From contig JASEFX010000008.1 of assembly GCA_030018265.1 (NCBI GenBank), positions 13,346 to 77,345 of the forward strand: a stretch of 64,000 nucleotides of DNA, given 5' to 3'. The notes below the pieces were generated by a model. It was not told the DNA's origin. It ran no database searches and saw nothing but the letters and a program-made list of their open reading frames with translations. This stretch comes from Candidatus Saccharicenans sp. Its GTDB lineage: Bacteria > Acidobacteriota > Aminicenantia > Aminicenantales > Saccharicenantaceae. Positions 36,750-46,817 of the stretch are shown here, piece by piece (positions within the stretch are counted from its first letter, which is position 1; each line of letters begins with the position of its first letter). Made by a program: the position numbers and the translations under genes.

Positions 36750-39469
36750 CACCCCCGAGAATATTTCTGATAGACGGCAACTCCCTTCTCTATCGTTCTT
36801 ATTACGCGATTCCCAGGCTCAGCAACTCGGCCGGATTTCCCACGAATGCCATTTACGGCTTCATCAGCACCTTAAATAAATTAATTGAAAGCGAAAAGCC
36901 GGAATACCTGGGCATTGTGTTTGACACCGGCAAGCCGACGCTCAGACATCATGTGTACAAGGAATACAAAGCCGGCCGCCGTCCGATGCCCGAGGACCTG
37001 GTTGTCCAGGTCCCCGTGCTGAAAAAAATTATAGCTGCCCGGAGAATCCCGCTCTTTGAATATGCCGATTACGAAGCGGATGATGTTCTGGCCACGCTGG
37101 CCCGGCTGGCCGCGGACAGGGACCTGTGCGCCGTGGTGGTGACCACGGATAAAGACCTTCTCCAGATTCTCGGGCCCCGGGTGGTAATTTACAACCCGGC
37201 GAAAGAATTTTTTATCGTTGACGACAGCCTCGATCCAGAATGCCAGCAGTTGTTCAAAAACAGGGAAATTAAAACTGTCAGCGATTATTTCGGTCTCCGG
37301 GCCCACCAGGTGGCAGATGTTCTGGCGCTCTGGGGAGACACGTCAGATAACATTCCGGGTGTCCCGGGGATAGGGGAGAAGACCGCGAAGAACCTCATCC
37401 TGGAATTCGGGTCAATAGAGAATCTGATAAAGAACTTAGAACGGGTAAAAAATCCGCGGTTGAGAGAGGCCATCAGGAAAAACCTCTCCCAGCTGGAATT
37501 GAGCCGGAATCTGGTCCGGGTGGAAGATAACCTTGCGCTGGAATTCGAACTCGAGAATTTCAAACCCTGCGTCCCTGACCGGGAAACTTTAATTGAACTC
37601 TACCGGGAACTTGAATTCACCGCTTTTCTCCAGGAACATCTGGAACAAAAGGAAGTCATTCGGGGAAACTTCCGAACAATTTCAGACATGGATTCTTTTC
37701 TGGATTTCCTTCAGCAACTCAGGCAGGCGGCAGAAGTCGCCCTGGACACAGAAACCACCAGTCTGTTTCCGACGCAGGCCCGTCTGGTCGGACTCTCATT
37801 CTGTCTGAAGCCTGGCGAAGCTTATTACATCCCGCTCCGGCACAGCTATCCGCTGGCTCCGAATCAGCTGCCCGCTCATTCTGTTTTTTCAGAGCTCAAG
37901 CCTTATCTGGAAAATCCGGCCATAAAAAAAATCGGACAGAATATTAAATATGATTACATAGTCCTGAAAAAAGAGGGGATTCAGCTACAGGGCATTCATC
38001 TGGACACGATGGTGCTTTCCTATCTTCTCGAGCCGAACTGGGGAAAGCACAGTCTGGACCGGCTGGCCGCCTACTATCTTCAGGAGGCCAAGATTCCTTT
38101 CGACAGCCTGACCGGGAAAGGGAAAAAACAGCTGACATTCGACCAGGTTCCGGTGGAGAAGGCCACGGATTATGCCTGTCAGGATGCCCATCTGGCGATG
38201 AGTTTAAGCCGGGTTTTATGGCCCAGAGTTCAGGCCCGGAATCTCGACCGCCTCTATCTGGAAATAGAGCTGCCTTTAATTGAGGTGCTGGCAGAAATGG
38301 AGCTGGCCGGAGTGCGGGTGGATCTCAATCTTCTCCGTCAGCTCGGCCGCGAACTCGAAAGCCAGCTTAGACAGCGGGAAAAACAGATCTATGAAATGGC
38401 CGGTCAGGAATTCAACATCAATTCTCCGCAGCAGCTCAGCCAGGTTCTCTTTTACAAACTTAACCTTCCGGCCTCAAAGAAGACGCGGGTCACCCGGGGA
38501 TTATCGACGGCAACGGAAATTCTCGAAGAGCTGGCGCCGCTTCATCCGCTGGCCGGAGCTGTGCTTGAATACCGGCAGCTGGCGAAAATTAAGTCCACCT
38601 ACGTTGAGGCGTTGAGCGAACTTGTGAATCCGGAGACCGGCCGTGTGCATACTTCCTTCAACCAGACGGTCACGGCCACCGGACGACTCTCTTCCTCTGA
38701 CCCAAATCTTCAGAACATACCGGCCAGAGGGGAAATGGGTAAAAAGATCAGGCAGGCCTTTATCCCGGAAGAAGGCCACCTTCTGCTGTCGGCGGATTAT
38801 TCACAGATAGAGCTCCGGCTTCTCGCCCATCTTTCAGAGGATCCGGTGCTTATTGAAACCTTCCTCAGCGACCGGGATATACACGCGGAGACGGCGCGGC
38901 GGGTGTTCGGTCCGGCCGTGGAGCTTTTCCCGGAGGAAATGCGCCGCCGGGCAAAAATCATCAATTTCAGCGTGATTTACGGGACGGGGGCTTTCTCACT
39001 TGCCAGGGAACTTGAAACCTCGCCGGCCGAAGCCCAGAAGTTCATCGACCGGTATTTTTCCGAGCATCGCAGGGTCAAAGAATATCTCGACCGGGCAGTG
39101 GAGCAGGCGAAGGAAAAAGGATACGCTGAAACCATTTTCGGACGTCAGCGGCAGATCCCCGAGCTAAAAAGTCCTGACAACAATACCTTCCAGGCCGGAC
39201 GGAGGATGGCTCTGAATACTCCCATTCAGGGTTCGGCCGCTGACATCATCAAGCTGGCGATGATAAAAATTTACCGGGAAATCAAATCCCGCGGACTTAA
39301 ATCTAAGATGATTCTTCAGGTACATGACGAGCTGGTGTTTGAAGTGCCGGAGGCAGAAAAGGATCTGATCGAACAGCTGGTCAGGGACTGCATGGAGAAC
39401 ATTTGTTCGCTGAAAGTTCCGCTCAAGGTCAGGCTCGGCTGGGGCAAGAACTGGGCTGAGGTTAAATAA
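36746..39469 (+). CDS. polA: DNA polymerase I (5'-3' exonuclease, 3'-5' exonuclease, polymerase)
   Basis: 907 aa. Pol motif A DYSQIELR, motif B RRRAKIINFSVIYG and motif C QVHDELVFE, plus an N-terminal FEN-like domain. Confidence 0.97.
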   Translation: MTPPRIFLIDGNSLLYRSYYAIPRLSNSAGFPTNAIYGFISTLNKLIESEKPEYLGIVFDTGKPTLRHHVYKEYKAGRRPMPEDLVVQVPVLKKIIAARRIPLFEYADYEADDVLATLARLAADRDLCAVVVTTDKDLLQILGPRVVIYNPAKEFFIVDDSLDPECQQLFKNREIKTVSDYFGLRAHQVADVLALWGDTSDNIPGVPGIGEKTAKNLILEFGSIENLIKNLERVKNPRLREAIRKNLSQLELSRNLVRVEDNLALEFELENFKPCVPDRETLIELYRELEFTAFLQEHLEQKEVIRGNFRTISDMDSFLDFLQQLRQAAEVALDTETTSLFPTQARLVGLSFCLKPGEAYYIPLRHSYPLAPNQLPAHSVFSELKPYLENPAIKKIGQNIKYDYIVLKKEGIQLQGIHLDTMVLSYLLEPNWGKHSLDRLAAYYLQEAKIPFDSLTGKGKKQLTFDQVPVEKATDYACQDAHLAMSLSRVLWPRVQARNLDRLYLEIELPLIEVLAEMELAGVRVDLNLLRQLGRELESQLRQREKQIYEMAGQEFNINSPQQLSQVLFYKLNLPASKKTRVTRGLSTATEILEELAPLHPLAGAVLEYRQLAKIKSTYVEALSELVNPETGRVHTSFNQTVTATGRLSSSDPNLQNIPARGEMGKKIRQAFIPEEGHLLLSADYSQIELRLLAHLSEDPVLIETFLSDRDIHAETARRVFGPAVELFPEEMRRRAKIINFSVIYGTGAFSLARELETSPAEAQKFIDRYFSEHRRVKEYLDRAVEQAKEKGYAETIFGRQRQIPELKSPDNNTFQAGRRMALNTPIQGSAADIIKLAMIKIYREIKSRGLKSKMILQVHDELVFEVPEAEKDLIEQLVRDCMENICSLKVPLKVRLGWGKNWAEVK

Positions 39470-39482
39470 CCGGCAATCCGCT

Positions 39483-40610
39483 TCAGACGAGAGACTTCTG
39501 ATAAACGCGGTAAATCTTGTAAATTTGCCCGCCCAGCCTTTCCATTTCTGCTCTCACCCGAACGTTCGATTCCATCTCGTGGTGGGTGTCGATGACCTTA
39601 AAACCGGCTTTGCGGGCTTCCGCCAGCATGGCCATGCCCATCAGAGCATCCAGCCCGACACCCCGGTATTCTTTCTTGATCGCTCCCAGGAGCAGGTCAA
39701 GCTGTCTGGTTTTTTTCTGAGCTCTGAGAATATGAATGAAGCCGAAAGGAAACAGACGACCTCGTGCCTTCTGGATTCCTTCCGTCATATCTGGAATGCC
39801 TATGATGAAAGCAACCACCTGGCCGTCCTTCAGGACACACTTTATGAAGCGGGGGTCGAGAATCGGCATGTATTTCTTCGCCAGGTCATCCATCTCCTTC
39901 TCGTCAAGAGGAGCATAACCATAAATGTTGCTCTCGGTGTAAGTTTCGTTCATCAGGGAGAGAATCGGCCTGACCCAGGGCTTGATTTCTTTCTTCCTGC
40001 GGAATTCCAGCAGCTGAAAGTTCCCCTTTTTTAGAATTCGTTCAGAAACCCGACGGTAAATCTCGGGTATCTCTTCCGGCACCTCTATTTTGTACACAAA
40101 ATAATCGATGTCTTTGGTATAGCCTTCTTTCTCCACCATCTCCGGCAGCCATTCAAAGTTGTAATAGGTAGCGATGGTAGCCCGGTTTTCGAAACCCTTG
40201 ATGAGAAATCCTTCGGGATCCTGGTCGGAAAATCCGTAAGGCCCGATGATTCTGGTCATACCTTTCTCCCGGGCCCATTCTTCCACCCGACTGAGGAGAG
40301 CGTGGACCACTTCCTGATCCTTTATGCTCTCGAGATATCCGAAGCGAGCGGTTTTCTCGTTGCGGACTTCATTGTAGCGGCGGTTGATGATGCCCATAAT
40401 TCGACCGACTGTTTCACCGTCTTTTTCCGCCAGAAGAAGGATGGCGTCAGAATAGCTGAACGCTTTGTTCTTCTTCGGGTCGAAATAGGACCACTCATCC
40501 ATGTAGATCGGCGGCACCCAGTTTGGATGGTCACGATGGAGTTTCTCCGGCAAATAAATAAATGCTTTAAGCTGAGACCTGGTTTTAACTTCGATCAGTT
40601 TTACGCTCAT
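39483..40610 (-). CDS. GNAT-like N-acyltransferase family protein, function unknown
   Basis: About 375 aa starting at MSVKLIEVKT (the ORF opens at 40655). The C-terminal segment QLDLLLGAIKKEYRGVGLDALM resembles the acetyl-CoA-binding motif of GNATs. Weak recognition. Confidence 0.45.
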   Translation of the reverse strand: MSVKLIEVKTRSQLKAFIYLPEKLHRDHPNWVPPIYMDEWSYFDPKKNKAFSYSDAILLLAEKDGETVGRIMGIINRRYNEVRNEKTARFGYLESIKDQEVVHALLSRVEEWAREKGMTRIIGPYGFSDQDPEGFLIKGFENRATIATYYNFEWLPEMVEKEGYTKDIDYFVYKIEVPEEIPEIYRRVSERILKKGNFQLLEFRRKKEIKPWVRPILSLMNETYTESNIYGYAPLDEKEMDDLAKKYMPILDPRFIKCVLKDGQVVAFIIGIPDMTEGIQKARGRLFPFGFIHILRAQKKTRQLDLLLGAIKKEYRGVGLDALMGMAMLAEARKAGFKVIDTHHEMESNVRVRAEMERLGGQIYKIYRVYQKSLV

Positions 40611-40865
40611 GTTATCCCTTCCTGGCGGGTATTCTACCAAATTTTCAAAAAACAATTAAATTTTTTTTATAGCAGGAAAAGATTACTGCCTGCAGCGGCT
40701 TTTCTCTCCTTAAAACGGGTTTTTTCGCTAATGAAGTTTGTTCGACCTCCTTTCAGGAGATTTTTTCGAAAAAACTTAAAGTCAGCATCTCTTTTATGTG
40801 GAAAAATATCTGAATAGCCTGTGGAAACCCCGGATAATTTTCTGTTAATTTTCTTCGTTAAATTC

Positions 40866-40895
40866 TTGACAATAACTTTTTTATTTTAATATACT
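40866..40895 (+). promoter_or_regulatory. Sigma-70-type promoter (TTGACA-N18-TATACT) of the hydrogenase operon
   Basis: Consensus -35 at 40866-40871 and -10 at 40890-40895. Only 9 nt to the ATG at 40905, with no SD. Confidence 0.5.
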
Positions 40896-40904
40896 CATAA
40901 ACTC

Positions 40905-42335
40905 ATGAAAGCCGAAACCATAACTCTTCTAACCATCTTCATTCCGGTATTGGGTTCGCTGCTGGTGCCCCTGGCTGGATCCATCTCGCCCAGGGTTCGT
41001 TCCGCGTGGGCCGTTCTGCTCGGCGCGGTCACCGCTTTCCTGCCGCTCACGCTTATTCCTCAGGCGACGAAGGGCGGAGAAATCATCTGGTCCAGGAGCC
41101 TGGCGCTGGGTCTGGATTTTATCCTGGTTATCGATCCCCTGGCCATTTTCATGGCGATCGTTTCCTCGTTCATAGGGTTCCTGATCATCATCTACTCTCT
41201 CGGTTACATCCACCACGAAGAGCATCAGAATGAATACTACCTGATGGTCATCCTGTTCATCGGCTCGATGATGGGTCTGGTGTTCTCGGGCAGCCTGGTG
41301 TTCATGTACCTGTTCTGGGAGATCATCGCCATCGCCTGCTGGCGGTTGATAGGCTTTTACCGGCAGAAGGATTACATTCTGAAAGCGGACAAAGCCTTCC
41401 TGGTCACTTTCGGCGGCGCCGTGGTCATGCTGCTCGGCTTCATCGTCATCTACGGGCAGACCGGAACTTTCAACCTGACCCAGATGCGCGGGGTTTTCAT
41501 TCCCGGCACCGCCGTTCTGCTGATTCTGTTCGGAATGTTCTCCAAATCCGCGACCGTGCCGCTGCATACCTGGCTGCCTGATGCCGGTGTGGCGCCGACG
41601 ACGGTCACCGCCCTGCTGCACGCGGCCGTGCTGGTTAAAATCGGCGTTTATGCCTATGCTCGCCTTTTCCTGTACACCTTCAAAATACCCCCTGAATGGC
41701 AGCAGGCGATTATCATCCTGGCAGTTCTTTCCAGCCTGATTTCAGCCGGGGCCGCTACGGTGGAAAATGACCTGAAAAGAATCCTGGCTTACTCGACGGT
41801 GAGCCAGATAGGATATATTTTCCTCGGACTAAGCGTGGCGACGCCAACAGCCATCTCCGGCGCTCTGCTTTACATCCTGATGCACGGGCTGGCCAAGGCC
41901 GGTCTGTTCCTCTGCGCCGGGATTGTCATTCACGCAACTCATAAAAGAGATATCAGGGAGATGGGCGGGTTGATAAAAACCATGCCCATCACCGCGATTT
42001 CATTCCTGATTTGCGCCTTTTCGGTCATCGGACTGCCGCCGCTGGGCGGGTTCTTCTCGAAACTGCTGGTTATCGTCGGAGCGGTTCAGGCTGACCAGGT
42101 CTGGGTAGCTGCGCTGGCGCTTTTTACCGCTGTCCTGACAATGTTTTACCTGCTCCGGGTGTTCGCAGCGGTCTTCCTGGGCGAACTTAAGATTCCCGCT
42201 CCGGAGAAAACTCCTTCGATGGTCGGAGTGGTAACCGTCCTGGCCGTGCTCTCTGTCGTGGCCGGCCTGCTGGTAACCTATCCGATGAAACTCGTCCAGG
42301 TGGCAACAACTCACATAAGCTGGTGGCTAAGATGA
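40905..42335 (+). CDS. Antiporter-like subunit (NuoN/NuoM/MrpD family) of the group-4 hydrogenase complex
   Basis: 476 aa, about 14 TM. Proton_antipo_M signature PLHTWLPDAGVAPTTVTALLHAAVLVKIGVY. Confidence 0.85.
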   Translation: MKAETITLLTIFIPVLGSLLVPLAGSISPRVRSAWAVLLGAVTAFLPLTLIPQATKGGEIIWSRSLALGLDFILVIDPLAIFMAIVSSFIGFLIIIYSLGYIHHEEHQNEYYLMVILFIGSMMGLVFSGSLVFMYLFWEIIAIACWRLIGFYRQKDYILKADKAFLVTFGGAVVMLLGFIVIYGQTGTFNLTQMRGVFIPGTAVLLILFGMFSKSATVPLHTWLPDAGVAPTTVTALLHAAVLVKIGVYAYARLFLYTFKIPPEWQQAIIILAVLSSLISAGAATVENDLKRILAYSTVSQIGYIFLGLSVATPTAISGALLYILMHGLAKAGLFLCAGIVIHATHKRDIREMGGLIKTMPITAISFLICAFSVIGLPPLGGFFSKLLVIVGAVQADQVWVAALALFTAVLTMFYLLRVFAAVFLGELKIPAPEKTPSMVGVVTVLAVLSVVAGLLVTYPMKLVQVATTHISWWLR

Positions 42336-44200
42336 ACTCAACAATTTTACTCTGGCCCATTCTGTTTCCGGCCGCGATGGCCGTGGTGTTGCTTTTAATC
42401 CCTTCCCGGATCAAATTCCTGAGAGAAATACTCGCGGTGCTGAGCTCGGGTGTCCTTCTCTATCTTGGCTTCCGTCTGTTTGCCGTAAAAAACCTCTCGG
42501 TGGTCAGGGACTGGCTTGGCAACGGCATCAATTTTGACCTTAAGCTCTACCACTTCTCCGCCTTTATCCTCCTGGCTCTGGCCGGATTTCTCTTCCTGAT
42601 CTGCCTTTATTCCACGGTAAAAATGCAGAACCATCCGCGGATCCGGGAATATTATGCTTATGTTTTCCTGGCAGCCGCTTTTTCCAACGGCGCGGTGCTG
42701 GCCAACAATTTCATCCTGCTGGTGTTTTTCTGGGAGGCCCTGCTGATCACAACCTATGCTCTGGTAACTCTCGGGCTTAAGCCCACCTCGCACCGCACCG
42801 CGGTTAAATCGTTGATCATAGGCGGCTTCTGCGACTTCGCCATGATCCTGGGCATCGGGATTCTGTGGGCTTCCACCGGAACCCTGACGATGGATAAAAT
42901 CCAGGTGGAACCGCACGGGCTGACGGTGGTCGCTTTTATCCTGATGATGATCGGGGCGATCGGTAAGGCCGGAGCCATGCCATTCCACACCTGGATACCT
43001 GACGCGGCTCTCGACGCCCCGGTGAGCTTCATGGCCTTCATGCCGGCTTCTTTTGAAAAACTTCTGGGAATTTATCTTCTCGCCCGGATTACGCTGGACT
43101 TCTTCGAACTTAAAGTCGGAAGCGGGCTCTCTATCCTTCTGATGATTATCGGAGCGGCCACCATAGTGTTTGCCGTTTTTATGGCTCTTATTCAGAAAGA
43201 TTTCAAGAAGCTGCTTTCATTCCATGCAGTCAGCCAGGTGGGTTATATGGTGCTCGGCGTGGGAACTGCCATTCCCATCGGGATTGCCGGCGGCATTTTC
43301 CATATGATCAACCACGCCATGTACAAGTGCGGCCTGTTCCTCAGCTCCGGCTCGGTAGAACACCGGACGGGGACGACAGAACTGAAAAAACTCGGCGGAC
43401 TCGCCCGGGAAATGCCCTGGACGGCGGCCGGTTTTGTGGTCTGCGCTCTGGCCATTTCCGGCGTCTGGCCGCTTAACGGTTTTGTCTCCAAGGAAATGGT
43501 TTTTCACGGCGCGCTGGAAACCGGCTATCCGATTTTTGCCATTGCCGCCTGGGTGGGAGCTATTTTCACCTTCGCTTCTTTCCTTAAAGCCGGACATTCC
43601 GTCTTCTTCGGTCCGCGCTCGACCGAGGTGCCCCGAACAAAAGAAAGCGAGGCTCCGATCGTTCTGCCGATTCTCATTCTGGCAGCACTCTGCATTACCT
43701 TCGGCGTGTACAACAAGCTCCCGCTGGAAAATTTCATACAGCCGATTCTGGCCGGGCATCCGGAAGCCGGAGAACATCTTGATTTCACCTCCCATGCGCT
43801 TGACCTGTTCAACCCGGTGGCCGGGGTTTCCATTCTCTGCCTGATCATCGCTCTGGGGATTCATCTTTACGGCTGGAATCGCAGCGGCAAAAAAGCCTAT
43901 CTGGCTTCTGAACCAATCCACAATCTGCCGGTTCTCCGCAAACTTTATGACCTTTCGGAAGCCCGTTTCTTTGACCTTTACGAGCAGGGCGTGAAGTTAC
44001 TGCAGGGACTTTCCAGAGTGCTTTTCAGGTTTATCGACCGGCCGATTGATTATCTTTACGAAAAAGTGGTTACTGCGGTCGGCCGTTCCTTTACCGGCCT
44101 GCTGCAGAAAGCCCATAACGGCCAGTATGCCAATTATCTGGCCTGGACCATCGGCGGCCTGGTGGTCGTCGTCTGGATAATTCTTCAGTTAGTGAAATAG
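42332..44200 (+). CDS. NuoL-like antiporter subunit with a C-terminal lateral-helix-type extension
   Basis: About 622 aa. The ORF opens at a GTG at 42323, and the ATG at 42332 forms an ATGA overlap. Motif FHTWIPDAALDAPVSFMAF. The C-terminus (long amphipathic stretch, then HNGQYANYLAWTIGGLVVVVWIILQLVK) resembles the NuoL helix HL plus last TM. Confidence 0.8.
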   Translation: MNSTILLWPILFPAAMAVVLLLIPSRIKFLREILAVLSSGVLLYLGFRLFAVKNLSVVRDWLGNGINFDLKLYHFSAFILLALAGFLFLICLYSTVKMQNHPRIREYYAYVFLAAAFSNGAVLANNFILLVFFWEALLITTYALVTLGLKPTSHRTAVKSLIIGGFCDFAMILGIGILWASTGTLTMDKIQVEPHGLTVVAFILMMIGAIGKAGAMPFHTWIPDAALDAPVSFMAFMPASFEKLLGIYLLARITLDFFELKVGSGLSILLMIIGAATIVFAVFMALIQKDFKKLLSFHAVSQVGYMVLGVGTAIPIGIAGGIFHMINHAMYKCGLFLSSGSVEHRTGTTELKKLGGLAREMPWTAAGFVVCALAISGVWPLNGFVSKEMVFHGALETGYPIFAIAAWVGAIFTFASFLKAGHSVFFGPRSTEVPRTKESEAPIVLPILILAALCITFGVYNKLPLENFIQPILAGHPEAGEHLDFTSHALDLFNPVAGVSILCLIIALGIHLYGWNRSGKKAYLASEPIHNLPVLRKLYDLSEARFFDLYEQGVKLLQGLSRVLFRFIDRPIDYLYEKVVTAVGRSFTGLLQKAHNGQYANYLAWTIGGLVVVVWIILQLVK

Positions 44201-44210
44201 AGGAGGAGCG

Positions 44211-45689
44211 GTGGTTTTTTCATTCATTGTCATACCGTTACTGTTGGCTGCCTTTCTGCCTCTTATCGGTAAATTTTCAAAAAAATTGCTGCCTGATCTG
44301 TTGACTAACGCCGCTCTGGCTTACCTGGTGTTCAACTCGATCCTGCTGATCAAGACGATCTTCAACCGGGGGGTTCTCATCCAGAATCTCAGCTGGTTCG
44401 GGGAAACAGTTAACCTTCAGGTAGCGCTTGACAGTTTTAACCTGTTCATGCTGTTCACGATTTCGCTGGTGAGTCTGTGCATTTCGCTCTTCTCGGTCGA
44501 CTATCTCGAACACTACGGACACAGGTCCACTTTCTACGCGCTTTTCCTGGTGATGATCGCCGGGATGAACGGGCTGGTGCTCGTCCCCGACCTTTTCTCC
44601 ATCTACCTGTTCCTGGAAGTGGCGGCTGTCGCTTCTTACGCTCTGGTAGCCTTCGGGTTGGGTTACGACGAGCTGGAAGCGTCCTTCAAGTACCTGATGC
44701 TCTCGGTGGTGGCTTCAGCTTTTGCCCTTCTGAGCATTACGGTGATTTTCGGGTTGACCGGAAGCCTGAACTTTCAGGCTGTCGCTCAGGGACTGCAGGA
44801 TCTCGGCGCCAGATCAGTGCTGGGAGTTTGCGTGGCTTTCTTCATAATGGGCTTTGGACTGAAGGCGGCGCTGATTCCGTTCCATGCCTGGTTGCCTGAC
44901 GCCCACCCTTCAGCTCCGGCTCCAATTTCCGCCATGCTGTCCGGCCTGTTAATCAAGGTGTCCGGAATCTATGCGCTTTTCAGAATAATTTACAGCGTGA
45001 TCGGCATCACTCCGGCGCTGAGCCAGATTTTGATGGCCCTGGGAACGATCTCGATGGTGGCTGCGGCTCTCCTGGCGCTCGGGCAGAAAGATATCAAGAG
45101 AATGCTGGCCTATTCGTCCATCAGCCAGGTGGGCTACATAGTTCTCGGCCTGGCTCTGGGCACACCGCTCGGGATCGCTGGAGCTCTTTTCCATCTGTTC
45201 AATCACGCGGTAGCCAAAGGATTGCTGTTCTTGAATTCCGGCTCGATTCAGCATATCACCGGAACCAGAAATTTAGATGAACTGGGCGGCCTGGGCAAAG
45301 TTGTGCCGGTGACCGCCGGCACCAACCTGGTCGGAGCGCTTTCGATTGCCGGCGTGCCGCCGCTGGCTGGATTCTGGAGCAAATTGATCATAATCATGGC
45401 CCTGATTCAGGCCAAAGAATTCGCTTACGCGCTCGTAGCGATTCTGGCCAGCGTCTTAACCCTCTGGTATTATCTTCTGATTCAGAGAAAAGCCTTTTTC
45501 GGCCGGGTGAGCGAAAAGTGGGCACAGGTAAACGAAGCTCCTTTCTGGATGTCGGCCGCGAATGTGCTGCTGGCTCTGATATGCATTCTGGCCGGTATTT
45601 TCTTTACTCCGATCTTCAGAACCTGGATTTCTCCAGCGGCTGAAGCGCTCGCCAGGGGAATTCAGGCGGTTCTCATGTGGGGATTGTGA
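44211..45689 (+). CDS. Antiporter-like subunit (NuoM/NuoN/MrpD family)
   Basis: 492 aa, GTG start preceded by AGGAGG. Motif FHAWLPDAHPSAPAPISAMLSGLLIKVSGIY. Confidence 0.85.
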   Translation: MVFSFIVIPLLLAAFLPLIGKFSKKLLPDLLTNAALAYLVFNSILLIKTIFNRGVLIQNLSWFGETVNLQVALDSFNLFMLFTISLVSLCISLFSVDYLEHYGHRSTFYALFLVMIAGMNGLVLVPDLFSIYLFLEVAAVASYALVAFGLGYDELEASFKYLMLSVVASAFALLSITVIFGLTGSLNFQAVAQGLQDLGARSVLGVCVAFFIMGFGLKAALIPFHAWLPDAHPSAPAPISAMLSGLLIKVSGIYALFRIIYSVIGITPALSQILMALGTISMVAAALLALGQKDIKRMLAYSSISQVGYIVLGLALGTPLGIAGALFHLFNHAVAKGLLFLNSGSIQHITGTRNLDELGGLGKVVPVTAGTNLVGALSIAGVPPLAGFWSKLIIIMALIQAKEFAYALVAILASVLTLWYYLLIQRKAFFGRVSEKWAQVNEAPFWMSAANVLLALICILAGIFFTPIFRTWISPAAEALARGIQAVLMWGL

Positions 45690-45690
45690 T

Positions 45691-46179
45691 ATGGTAATAC
45701 AAATAATTCTTCTATGCGGCCTGGTAATTTTTTCAGGACTGGCCATCCTGCTCAGGGACCTGATTAAAGCCGCTCTGTCGCTGGCTGTGGCCAGCCTGAT
45801 TCTCGGTATCATCTTCTTTCGCCTGTCAGCACCCTATGCCGGAGTTTTCGAGATTTCGGTGGTCGCCGGTCTGATCACCGTGCTGTTCGTCCTGACGATT
45901 GCTCTGACAAAGAAAGGCGATGAGGTGGCGGAAGCCCGTCTGGTGAAAATGGCTTTTCCGATTTTCCTGATTCTTTTCCTGATCATCGACGGTCTGGTGA
46001 TGAAATCCCTGCTGCAGAAAATTCCGGCTCTCCCCTCAGGACCTGAGGCTGGTGCCTTTGGAGATGTTCTCTGGAAGCAGAGAACTTTCGACCTGGTAGC
46101 CCAGATCGGGGTCATTCTGGCAGGCGTGCTGGCCGTTCTGGCCTTATTCCGGAAAAAGGAAGAAGACGGAGATGAGTAA
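45691..46179 (+). CDS. NuoJ-like (ND6 / MbhD-MnhB related) membrane subunit
   Basis: 162 aa. APYAGVFEISVVAGLITVLFVLTIAL aligns by eye with E. coli NuoJ AYFAGALEIIVYAGAIMVLFVFVVMM. The C-terminal TM is also similar. Confidence 0.65.
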   Translation: MVIQIILLCGLVIFSGLAILLRDLIKAALSLAVASLILGIIFFRLSAPYAGVFEISVVAGLITVLFVLTIALTKKGDEVAEARLVKMAFPIFLILFLIIDGLVMKSLLQKIPALPSGPEAGAFGDVLWKQRTFDLVAQIGVILAGVLAVLALFRKKEEDGDE

Positions 46180-46480
46180 TCTGTGGTTTCTTTACATATT
46201 CTTTTCTGCCCTGCTGATATTCATCGGCCTGTATTGTTTGCTGACGATGCGCAACCTGATCAGGTTGTTTATCGCCGTGGAAGTCATCAGCAAGGGCGTG
46301 AGCCTGGCCATCGTGGCCACGGGCGCGGTTAAAAACAACATCCTTCTGGCCCAGAGTCTGGTCATCACCTACATCGTGGTGGAAGTGGCTCTGGTGGCCA
46401 CCGCCCTGGCTCTGATCATCAACATTTACAAAAAGAATAAGAGTCTGGATGTTCGTCTGCTGTCCAGACTTAAGGGGTAA
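46172..46480 (+). CDS. NuoK-like (ND4L / MnhC / MbhG) membrane subunit
   Basis: 102 aa, 3 TM. Conserved membrane Glu residues (FIAVEVISKG; VVEVALVATALAL) and the C-terminal tail SLDVRLLSRLKG. Confidence 0.8.
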   Translation: MSNLWFLYIFFSALLIFIGLYCLLTMRNLIRLFIAVEVISKGVSLAIVATGAVKNNILLAQSLVITYIVVEVALVATALALIINIYKKNKSLDVRLLSRLKG

Positions 46481-46483
46481 GCG

Positions 46484-46816
46484 ATGAAAGGACTGCAATT
46501 TTTGCTATCTCCGCCAGTTGCCTTCTTCTTCTTCCTGGGTGTGGCTTATCTGCTATACGCCCTCGGCCGGGCTATGGCTCCCGGACTCAACCGGACCCCC
46601 GGCAAGCTGGCCAGCTACGCCTGCGGTGAGGACATCCCTGGAGAAAAAGTGCAGTTCGGCTACCGGCTGTTTTTTGTCTTCGCTCTGTTCTTCACCATCA
46701 TGCACGTGGCCGCCCTGGTAATTGCCACTATTCCGATCGGGAAAATAGTATATTTGGGTATAATATATTTAGCAATCATATTCCTGGCCATTGTGGCCCT
46801 GATAGCGAGGGACTGA
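46484..46816 (+). CDS. NuoA/ND3-like (or MbhI-like) small membrane subunit
   Basis: 110 aa, 3 TM. The loop motif SYACGEDIPG resembles the Y-E-C-G loop of NuoA. Confidence 0.5.
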   Translation: MKGLQFLLSPPVAFFFFLGVAYLLYALGRAMAPGLNRTPGKLASYACGEDIPGEKVQFGYRLFFVFALFFTIMHVAALVIATIPIGKIVYLGIIYLAIIFLAIVALIARD

Positions 46817-46817
46817 C

